This document shows, piece after piece, positions 52,956-64,000 of a stretch of 64,000 nucleotides of DNA. A program made the translations under genes and the position numbers. Source of the stretch: Octopus bimaculoides (lineage: Eukaryota); the NCBI RefSeq assembly GCF_001194135.2, contig NC_068982.1, positions 55,681,964 to 55,745,963 of the forward strand, in the 5' to 3' direction. Within the stretch, counting starts at the first letter, position 1; every line of letters starts with the position of its first letter. The notes under the pieces are model-generated. The model saw nothing but the letters and a program-made list of their open reading frames with translations. It was not told the DNA's origin and ran no database searches.

Positions 52956-53560
52956 TATATACTCTCCTGTTGTTAGATGACAGTTGAAAGTTCTGCAATT
53001 TCTTGCTGAACTGTGCCTTCATACAAACAGGTGTGTGCAGATCAGTTTGACAAAAAAAAAAAAAAAAATTAATGAATAAAAATAGTGATTGATAGAATAA
53101 TTGCCAAACTTAAAAATATGCACTGAGGTTGATTTGTCTGACTAAACCTTTCGAGGTGGTGTTGTAGCATGGCCACAATTCAGTGACTGAAGCAAGTAAA
53201 ATAATGAAAGAATAAATATATGTATGCATGTCTAATATTACAATCTCTGTAATATTGATATCAAAGCTGATTGTTCATGTATATAAAACGTTTTCAAGGT
53301 TATATGGAGATTTAATAGTTTTGCAGATCCTACAGTTACTGTCTATTTATATAGACTGTAGTTTTAGTGATGGTAATAGTTAAAGAATATTGAATTAGTG
53401 TACAGGAAGTACCATCTTGTTTCCAATACATAAAAGTTACATGTCTTACATATTTATATAAACCTCTGTCACCAATCCATATTAAATGTGTTGCTGCTGC
53501 ACCGAGTATTTCCCAATCTTGTCATTAAATTAGTTAAACAACATTGATTTGGTGCATAGT

Positions 53561-53980
53561 TCTCTTTTACTCTTTTACTTGTTTCAGTCATTTGACTGTG
53601 GCCATGCTGGAACACCACCTTTAGTCGAGTAAATTGACCCCAGGACTTATTCTTTGTAAGCCTAGTACTTATTCTATCGGTCTCTTTTGCCGAACTGCTA
53701 AGTTACGCGGACGTAAACACACCAGCATCGGTTGTCAAGCGATGTTGGGGGTCAAACACAGACACACACTAACATACACACACACACACTCACATATATA
53801 TATATATGTATAAACATATACGACAGACTTCTTTCAGTTTCCGTCTACCAAATCCACTCACAAGGCTTTGGTCGGCCCGAGGCTATAGTAGAAGACACTT
53901 GCCCAAGGTGCCACACAGTGGGACTGAACCCAGAACCATGTGGTTGGTAATCAAGCTACTTACCACACAGCCACTTCTAC
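53561..53980 (-). mobile_element. Young full-length family-B SINE; near-identical copy at ~57878-58295
   Basis: CpG-retaining copy with (ctctttta)n tail, second module, (CA/TA)n and tRNA-like head. Highly similar by eye to 57878-58295. Confidence 0.85.
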
Positions 53981-56900
53981 ACCTGGTAATCATTACACAA
54001 TTATTTGGTAATTCTTGTTAGTTCAAGAATTTGCAACCTTTATCTCTGCTAGCAGAATCATTTGCATGCCAGACAAAATGGCATTTCTTCCAGTTTTATG
54101 TTCTGAGTTCAAATTCTGCTGAAGTCGACATTACCTTTCATCCCTTTGGTGTTGATAAAACATGTACCAGTTAAGTACTGGGGTCAATGTAATCGACTTG
54201 CTCTTTCCTCCAAAATTTCATGCTTTTTACTTATGGTAAAAAGAATTATTTTATTTATTTATCCCTGGTTAACCAAGCTGTAAACCGGGTATCATATATA
54301 TACCACTCTGCTGTTGCAAGGATGGCAACAGAGAGGATATTTTAGTGAAACAAAATGCTTCAGTAGTCTTGTATATACTTGATTTTTTAAGCCCTTTAAC
54401 TCAAAGCAGAATAGAATTAATGTAAAAAAAAAAAAGCTGTAAAATTGTTAATAAAAATAAAATAAAATAAAATTTAATCATTCATTCTAGATCACATCCA
54501 ACTAATGTGTTTAAAGAGAATCCTTTTTGACTTTGAAATACTTTACAACTAATTGTGTTGTATTCTTTATTTGCTACCTCATTGGTATCTGTTCTGAACG
54601 TGTCACTTTTATATCTCAACCTAGACCTGTTGATAGTATTCAACTTTTCTTAAATTCACATCTCTCACCCTGTACTCGATCCTCATAACTGGATCTTCTT
54701 TGGCACTTTCTTTCTGTCTTTGTCTTCCCCCAACAATGAATCTGAAACAATTTAATCTTTCAGCATTTAACTTAGCCATATCTGGCCCAAATATTCTACA
54801 TGTTTTATATTCAAACCTCCCTTACAATATCACACTAAAAGTATACAATTACATCATCAAAATCTCAAAGCTATGAGATATTGCATGAGGAATTTAAAAC
54901 AATGTGGATTATATTTGAAAGAGTAATCTGAATGATAAAGGGTTAAGACAAATGTTAACCACCCATTGTCATTGTTATCTAGTTGGAGAGAACCACGAAA
55001 AGTTGTTGACCAGAAAATATTATGCAGATATCCATTAAAATGAATGGAAAGTTCTTTTAAAATAGTTTTGTGAGTCATGTAGCCAGGCTCTAAATTTTAC
55101 AAATTATTAGGTGTTCAGATACGTTATCATCACATGAAGAATTTTTTTCGTTCTACAACATTAGCTTGGTTGAAGACATAAATGTGATGGTAATCTGCCT
55201 ATTACTATGACTACTAAATACCAGGAAATAACTAGCTTACCATTTACCTTTCTTTCTTTTAGTTTTACTGATATAAGATACAATTTCTTATCTTGCTATG
55301 AAAGAAAATATAGTATACTTTGATTGTAGGAAAACATCTTCCAAGTAGCTTGCTCCTAATTTTTGAAGCATTTTCTGATAATTGTTTTCACATTTAAAAG
55401 GAAGTCAGTACATGATCTAATTCTTGCTGCTGTTAATATTATCAACATTATTGATGCTTTTGTTTTAAAAATAGTTATCTGTAGCTAAAAATAATAATAC
55501 TAATTACTATCAGTAATAGTAGTGTAACTAAATTTTATTTTTATATCTGAAAATGACAATAATCTACTGTTGAGAGGTAATGTTCTAGTTCACCACTCCT
55601 CAGTCAAACTGTCCAACCCATGCCAGCATGGAAAGCGGACGTAAAATGATGATGATGATGATGATTCATTAAAGGATTATTGATAATTCTTTGATTATTT
55701 CACTGGCTTGCTTGCAGAGTTAATATTTTTCCTATAGAGTAATGGTTTGTTAAATAGTTGTGCATTTACTTATATGGATGTTTATAAATGTTTGTTAAAG
55801 CAAGGCAGACTTCATTACTGTTATGAAATGTAACTGTTGTATAATTTCAGTGATTGTATCATAAGTGGCATAGATATAGAATCAACTATGTCTTTTTATT
55901 TAATATTGATTTTGCACTTAAGAAAATATTGAACTGATTTGAAGGATCAAATTTCTGTTATTTTGCATTGTTCATCATCAACATCGTGTGTTTCTTAAGT
56001 CAACTTGTGGAATGTATTTAGAAAGACAATGTTAATGTTATCAAGTTGGAATCACTAGTGATAATGCTTAACTAGTGCAGTAGGATAAGTGATTGAAGAT
56101 AAGCAGATGGAAATATCAATGCTGTTTAGTACTTCTGGAATCTGGGATATGCGCAGTGATATGTGGTCAGATCAGTTCCAAAAATAAACAAAACTAAGCT
56201 ATGATTCACCATAGTAAATAATAAACATTTTGCATTTTCTCATATCAGTTCTGTTGTGCAGAAATGATATTTTTTTTTTTTACAAACCAGTCATATGTAT
56301 AATTTATCAAATTTCAGAGAATTTGATAAATTATGATATAGTCTCCACCATAGTGATTCCTCAATTTTCAGACGAACAGTGAGGTTAATTTTATACCCTA
56401 AACTCAACTACTGTCTATGTGATAGCCATATACCTGGTTCTGTTTGAATCTTTGAATCCTTGCATCGTACTTCTAGACTTATCACTGCAGGAACATACTT
56501 TATGTTTGTTTGCTGTTAAAGTTTCTTTCAACATTTTTAATGTTGTTTTTAAATTTCTTAACATATTTATCTATAATGTAAGATGAATTAAGTTAAAATC
56601 TTTCCTATCTGTATATAATTATGTGAAGCTTATTTCATTGAAAGATAAGCCAGTGAGATGGATCTGTTTCACATTATACATCTTTCTAGCACAAACTTGT
56701 TGGCTAAAGGTAATTCTTTATAAGCATTTCAAAATGATTATCATTGTTATTGCTATCACAGCCACTACTACTATCCCTACAATATACTAGTATTAAAAGT
56801 TTATAAAATGAAGGTGGAGAGCTGGCAGAATTGTTTGAACATGAAACAAAAATGCTTTGCAGTATTTCTTCCCATTCATTACATTCTGAGTTCAAATTCC

Positions 56901-58103
56901 GCTGAGGTCAACTTTGACTTTCATCCTTTTGGGTTTGATAAAATAAGTACCATTGTGCCCTGGGGCTCAATGTAATTGACTTCCCCTTCAAATTGCTGAC
57001 TTTGTGCCAAAATTACAAAGAATTATAAGTCTATAATTACAGAAGTAAATGTTCCACAAGCCATAGAAGCTCAGCTCTGAATTCTGTAGAAGTTAGTCAA
57101 ATAGAAATTTCCCCCTTGTTACCATGTGAGTCTGTTACAGTTAACTTCTTCAGAAGTGTAGAATCTATTCATTAGCTAAGTAGATTGAGTTATGAACAAT
57201 TGTCTAAGCAAAAATGTGAACAAATTGCCTGAAATGTAATATGGAGATATGGTTGTTCAGCATCTTATCTAATAATCTACTTTTCATATTCACCCTCATC
57301 ATTGTTGTCATAGTTGTCATCATCATCATCATCATCTTCATCATTATTACATCTGCCTCCTTATCATCGTCATTGTTTTTTATATTCACTTTTTCCATGT
57401 GGGTATGGACAAGATATTGAGGCAGTAGTCTATGATTGGAAAATGCTCTTTATGATTGCAACTAACCATATTTTCCAATAAGACACTTTATTCCATAGTT
57501 TTGCATGTTGGACAGTCCAGCTGCCAAATTTATTGTCTATGTGGGACATAAGCATATCAGTGCTGTCCAAACAGTGGTAATGTATGCAGACATATGCATG
57601 CATGCATGAGCACACACACACACACACACACAGCTTCTGTACAGTTTGTCTACCAAACTGGTCACCTTAAGGCTATGGTAGAAGGCACTTGCCCAAGGTA
57701 CCATGCTGTGAAATTGAACTCAAGAGCTCAATTTGAAAAACAAATAAAAAAATGAGAGATTGGGCTCACAAGACAAAACTTTCAGCACCAGATATAAGTA
57801 ATCCTCTATTATCTGCTTCTTTATTATTTGTTACAAGATTTCAGCAGCCACATTCTTTTCTCATCATCAGGTGTCTTTACTCTCTTTACTCTTTTACTCT
57901 TTTACTTGTTTCAGTCATTTGACTGTGGCCATGCTGGAGCACCGACTTTAGTCGAGCAAGTCAACCCTAGGACTTATTCTTTGTAAGCCTAGTACTTATT
58001 CTATCGGTCTCTTTTGCCGAACCACTAAGTTACGGGGACGTAAACACACCACTATCGGTTGTCAAGCGATGTTGGGGGGACAAACACAGACACACAACCA
58101 TAT

Positions 58104-58136
<33 letters not shown>

Positions 58137-60777
58137 CGACAGGCTTCTTTCAGTTTCCGTCTACCAAATCCACTCACAAGGCTGTGGTCGGGCCGAGGCT
58201 ATAGTAGAAGACACTTGCCCAAGGTGCCACGCAGTGGGACTGAACCCGGAACCATGTGGTCGGTAAGTAAGCTACTTACCACACAGCCACTCCTACCCCT
58301 GTAATGATTTTTGTAATGTTATAATACTCTTCTTCATTTAGTTACTGCTATTTTCTTAATGGTACATCACTATTTCATTTCTTTATTTAAGGTTTGAGTT
58401 CATCACTTTTATTCAGTAATTTTGTTTTTCTAATTGCTGAGTCTGGAGGCAGGGGCAATGCTCATACCCTTCATAGGCTCTCGATTGGTGAAACTAATGT
58501 CATTAATTTTCTTCTTGAATTTTTGTTAAGTCAACATCAGTGGGAAGGACAAGAGCAGGGAGGGAATTTCAGAGGACTGATGTTTTGGGAAGAAGGACTG
58601 AGTGTAGTGATGATTGCTGGATTTGGAGTGGTGGTGGTGGTGGTGGTTAAACACAACAAAGATGATGAAAGATGGAGCAGCAACTCTGAAGGGCTGTGGC
58701 CACTATAGTAGCATTAGAGAAGGCAGAAAATGGGACAGTATACTTATGGGTCGGAGACTGGAATGCATGTCAGTGAGTTACTTTATGCTAGCATTCAAGT
58801 GAATGACTCTTTTCTGGATGTAGTCTAGGATATGTGTGTGTGTGTGTATGTGTGTGCAGCAGCAGTTGTACTACTCTAGATGTGATTGCAATTCTGTTAT
58901 GGACCTCAACTGAGCTTTGTATAGTATCAGTAATTGTTGGGAACTGGAGTAACTTCTAACCATGAAGAGAAGGGCCAATCATTGGGATGCATTCTGAGTT
59001 ATGTTAAAGAAGTGTTTTCACTAAGCAAAATTCCTTGGCCCCAACAATTGGAGCAACTGATTGCTCTACATTGAAATGTAAATTTAGTTGATTATAGGAA
59101 GGAAGAAATGGAATACTTACACTGTTTTTATGGTCATTAGTGCACAAATGTGATGAATAATATAAGAGTTGATCAGTACTCCAGAAAAAGAAATTAAAAT
59201 ATGTCTTTAAGAAATTAGGTGGTAGCTAATTGTTTTTCATTAGCTACTTTTTTAAGAGGTAGTTAATAGTTATTTTTAGTTTCTTGTAATGAATACTTTA
59301 ATAAAAATTGAAAGCCTGAAAGTAATTCTTGTTGAATAACAGATACATGGATAGCAGGAAGAAGCCTGGACAAAATAAAATAAAAATGAGAACAAAAGTT
59401 ATAAGAAAGCAAAACATTAGTCTACATTTGAAAGTTAATATATCTCATAAGAATTGAGGAGATATGTTTAGCTCCTATGAAAAGTTTGATGCTATACTCT
59501 ATTTTCCTTTCATCTTTAATAACTTATGTTTCTAATATCAGTTTGTTACTGTGCTCTTTTTTTATATCTACTTTCCTCACTCAGTTACCTTAGCTTTCAA
59601 TTTTCTTTCATTTATTATATATATAGAATATACTAAAATTATTTCCACCATTATCCTACTTCTAACATTATATCTGTTAAAAATCATGTTGGAATAATTA
59701 GATTTTATTGGTCAGAAGCTGACATTTATATAAATACATTTCTGCTTTTATATTCTAAAGGATGAACAAAAAATTATTACTTTCTTTCTTTTGCTGCTAG
59801 TAACATTAATTCTAAATCTGTTAAATTTGACCTTCTGAAAGATCAAAATGGTTTTATTTCCATATCTATCACAGCTAGCAGTTTACATAATGTTACAAAC
59901 ACTGTTATCAAAAGTTGCTCCAAATTTATTTCTACCCCTTTAAATCTTGTTTTACATAGTCTGATACATTATGTAGTATAGTTATGCACTCAGGTGTTCA
60001 CACTTATAAAAAAAAAATTCTTTAAACCATTTCATTTGGGATTAATGATAAAGAGTCAAAATAGGTATGAAAGAAATATGATATATCTAAAGAAATCTGT
60101 TAGCAGTAAAGCTAGCGGAAGAAGAATTTTTGACAATTGTCAAAACATATGTCACATATTTTGGCATCATTCCAATAGACTATGGATTTAATGCATTTAT
60201 TTGACATTTCTGAGTGAAATAAATGATAATGTTGAAAGAGTGTATGCTTCTTAGATATTGGAAAGAAGATTTACATCAGAGTAAGAGAGGAAAATAAAAA
60301 TAAAAAAAGAAAAAAAAAACTCAAGGGAATAACTTTTGGATTCTGAAAGCCTTTAAGCCAGAATATAAAAATAAATGAGTGTTTTTATGGATCTGATGGG
60401 TGTATGAGAAGTATTGTAACTTCACTTTGTAAAATGTGTATAGTCATTAGTCAACCAATAAGAGATTTAAGCAGAAATACTTTATAAGCAAAAATACTTT
60501 TGTTGTATTAATCTGGAGAAATGGCTCCAAAATATTTAAAGGGACACAAAGGACTGATAGTTAACTGTTTTTTCCATAATATTAGCAGATGATATAAATA
60601 TATACATAAAAAACCACTCATTCACCTATCCTGCCATTTGCAGCATGCTTGTACTATGCTGTGATCACTGTTTTTTTTTCTTGTGAACTTCATTGATGGT
60701 GTTGGTTTCCTATATATATATATATATATTTAAAATTATAATACAGGGTATCAAGAGATACCACCATGCTGAAAAAA

Positions 60778-60949
60778 TAGCAGTCAAATCCTGACTCTAA
60801 AACCACAATAAATGTCCGCATGGCACGATTAGCGAAGACGAAGACCAAATGAATCAGTAAAAATTTTTACTGGTTCATTTGGTCTTCGTCTTCGCTAATC
60901 GTGCCATGCGGACATTTATTGTGGTTTTAGAGTCAGGATTTGACTGCTA
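60778..60949. repeat. 172-bp spacerless palindrome (86-bp arms, 1 mismatch) ending at an assembly gap
   Basis: Centre cagtaaaaa|tttttactg at 60863/60864. Arms tagcagtcaaatcc...gaccaaatgaat / gttcatttggtc...ggatttgactgcta. Confidence 0.9.
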
Positions 60950-61294
60950 NNNNNNNNNNNNNNNNNNNNNNNNNNNNNNNNNNNNNNNNNNNNNNNNNNN
61001 NNNNNNNNNNNNNNNNNNNNNNNNNNNNNNNNNNNNNNNNNNNNNNNNNNNNNNNNNNNNNNNNNNNNNNNNNNNNNNNNNNNNNNNNNNNNNNNNNNNN
61101 NNNNNNNNNNNNNNNNNNNNNNNNNNNNNNNNNNNNNNNNNNNNNNNNNNNNNNNNNNNNNNNNNNNNNNNNNNNNNNNNNNNNNNNNNNNNNNNNNNNN
61201 NNNNNNNNNNNNNNNNNNNNNNNNNNNNNNNNNNNNNNNNNNNNNNNNNNNNNNNNNNNNNNNNNNNNNNNNNNNNNNNNNNNNATATATAGAA

Positions 61295-62290
61295 AAGAAA
61301 TGGAGCAGTAATTAACAACGAGAAGTTGATCATTGCTATTAAAAAGTCAGTTAATTTATCTCGTTCAATTTAACAAACATCGTCAGAACGATTTAGAGGA
61401 ATATAAACTGGAGAAAAGGGAAAAGAAAGGAAAAGGAAAAAGTTCGTTAAGTCTTTAGGTTTACATTTTAGTGACTTTTTGGGTTCCTTGTGTGTGTACG
61501 TTTCTTCAATTAGATGAACGGAGCAGTAAGTGGGGAAAATGACTAGTTGACTGGTGTTAGTCGAAGAAGTTATGAGACTTATAAATGAGCACTTTAATAT
61601 GAATACCAAATACTAAAAACTCTTTAGTAATAAAATTAGAGTAGGCCATAGCCTGACTAGCAACCTAGCTACTATTATAGCCTCTGTCAACGTTAAAAAG
61701 CTAGATGCCTTCTATGAAACTAGGAAGAATAGCAATAAAAAACAACAGTCAGTCGAATGATATAATAAGTGATTCCCCAAATAACTCGCCCTCTAAAAAT
61801 TCGTATACCCACCTTATAAATAATAATCCCTCTCAACATATCATAGGTACAGACTGTCTTACTAATCTATGTGACTGCAGATATAAAAAAAAAATACTTG
61901 TGAATTCTTAAATAAATGTAAAACTAAAAACGTAATCTACTAATGTGACGCACTCTCAAATAATTACAAGAAAACTTATACTGGAGCAACTAAAAATGAA
62001 ATGAAACTTAGATATAATTCCCATCGCTCAAGTTTCAGAAATAGAAGTAAAGCGAACTGTACAGGACTTAGTAGTTACATCTGGGAACTGAAAGACAATA
62101 ATATTAATTATAGATTAGAATGACGTATACTAGCCAAAGCATCTTCATATAACCTTAATAATAACCGCTGTAATTTATGCATAAATGAGAAATTCTTCAA
62201 TTTAATGCCAAATCAGAATTACTTAATAAACAAGATGAGAAAAATATAACGTTTGCATAAAGATAAATTCTTATTCTCTAAATACTGCTA
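61295..62290 (+). pseudogene. Penelope-like element remnant: RT-to-endonuclease linker and GIY-YIG endonuclease
   Basis: From 61572: MRLINEHFNMNTKY*KLFSNKIRVGHSLTSNLATIIASVNVKKL. A frameshifted CDCR follows. From 61929: NVIY*CDALSNNYKKTYTGATKNEMKLRYNSHRSSFRNRSKANCTGLSSYIWELKD...RCNLCINEKF...HKDKFL. Confidence 0.8.
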
Positions 62291-62613
62291 ATACCCACAT
62301 TACAGGTTTTTAGCTGACCTACCTAACATGTTATTACCTCCCTGAACCATCCCACTTACCATAGAGCATAATTTAACATCACAGTGCAATTTTAAGTTAA
62401 ATTAAAGTACCCAGATTAACCAAACTATCTATTTAAAATCTACATTGTACACTAGGGTATATAATCCTTGATAATATATTAACTTTAAAGCTGGATTGCT
62501 GACTCACATAACAGGTTATATAGTAGAAGACACTTGCCCAAGGTGCCATGCAGTGGGACTGAACCCTGAACTATGTGGTTGGTAAACAAGCTACTTACCA
62601 CACAGCCACTCCT

Positions 62614-63426
62614 GGGAAAGGTCAATTTGTCAGAAAAAGCAAAAGAAAATCACTACATCAGATCTAAAAGGCTCTTAAACAAACTGAAAAATCCAGCAGA
62701 AGATTTGATTTGGTTTTTCTCAAATGAGAAAAACTTTGACCAAGATCAAAAAGTTAATAGAAGAAATGACAGTTGGTTATGTGCAGACCCTTCTGAAGTT
62801 CCAAGTGTTATGCATACAAAATTTCCTGCAACTATCATGGTTTTAGGGGTTGTCAGCAACGAAAGACGTGTGCTGCCTCCTTACCTCTTTCCACAAGGCC
62901 TTAGAGTTAACTCCACCACCTACATTGAGGTCCTGGAAATAATTGTTAAACCCTGGATAGACAGTGTATGCAATGGAAGGCTATAAGTGTTTCAGTAAGA
63001 TTCTGTACTATCACACATGGCTCTAGTAACACAGGAATGGATGGCTGAAAATTTTCATGATCACATAACCCTTAACATTTCACCTCCTAATTCTCCAGAT
63101 CTCAATCCATTGGACAATTACATGTGGAGCATTGTTGAGAGAGAGGTCAATGAACACGCCCATTACACCAAAGATTCTTTGAAAGCTGCCATAGTCAGAG
63201 TAATGTCCAAAATGAACCAGGACCACTTGATTCAAGCATGTAGATGATTTAGATCTCATATAGATGCAGTTGTTGCAGCTGAATGTGGCTTTATTGAATA
63301 ACATTATAGAAAAGAAGGTTTATTTTTATCCTCATAGCATTTTTTGAGAAATAAAGTTATTATCTATTATTATATATCTGTTTATTTATAAACATAAATC
63401 TGTCCTCAAATATCTTACACGCCCTG
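62614..63426 (+). mobile_element. 3' part of a DD37D (maT-like) element; partial tandem copy at 63633-64000
   Basis: LIWFFSNEKNFDQDQKVN, HTKFPATIMV and FQ*DSALSH...NSPDLNPLD (D37D counted in the 63633-64000 copy). TIR ctgtcctcaaatatcttacacgccctg|TA. Confidence 0.9.
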
Positions 63427-64000
63427 TATATATGTGTATGTATTGAGGAGACCTATTGAGTCAAGTAAATCAAAATCAAATCAAATCACAATCAATTGGA
63501 AATTGTAGTTGTGGCTGTTACCAGTGCTGGTGGCACACAGTAAGCACCATTCAGTCATGCATGGGTCACTACCAGAGTCACCTGACTGGCTCCCAATGCT
63601 GGTAGCACATAAAACACACCATCCGAATGTGGTTCTGGAAACAACTGTTAAGCCCTGGATAGACAGTGTATGCAATGGAAGGCCATATGTGTTTCAGTAA
63701 GACTCTGCACTATCACACATGGCTCTAGTAACACAGGAATGGATGGCTGAAAATTTCCATGATCACATAACCCCTAACATTTGACCTCCTAATTCCCCAG
63801 ATCTCAATCCATTGGACAATTACATGTGGGGGTGTTGTTGAGAGAGAGGTCAATGAATATGCCTATAACACCAAAGATTCTTTGAAAGCTGCCATAGTCA
63901 GAGTAATGTCCAAAATGAACCAGGACCATTTGATTCGAGCATGTAGATGATTTAGATCTCATATAGAAGCAGTTGTTGAAGCTGAATGTGGCTTTATTGA

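Overview
AT-rich, repeat-dense, gapped animal DNA. The SINE, RTE-tail and microsatellite content points to a cephalopod (Octopus-like) draft scaffold; this is my recognition, not a database result. N gaps lie at 389-828, 1869-2170, 2548-2557, 8735-9086, 20189-20658, 26027-26869, 28446-28473, 32619-32924 and 60950-61284, mostly beside (TA)n/(CA)n tracts. The only host coding sequence I can identify is one 137-nt exon (35990-36126, +) matching exon 2 of ARL6IP1. I found no convincing exon 1 or exons 3-6, so most of the window is probably intron or flank. The rest is decayed mobile DNA: a full-length DD34D mariner, several DD37D (maT-like) elements, a DD36E (Incomer-like) Tc1 element, RTE LINE fragments and many RTE 3' tails, a Penelope-like GIY-YIG remnant absent from the ORF track, three or more tRNA-SINE families (one in head-to-tail arrays), piggyBac- and Tc2-like MITEs and a probable Helentron-type element. 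Structural oddities include two long palindromes, a ~930-bp inverted duplication ~41 kb apart whose second copy is locally tandem-duplicated, and a candidate 10-nt ATG-bearing micro-exon. I do not see a clearly new biological system; the findings are leads. Repeat boundaries are approximate unless TIR or TSD positions are given.
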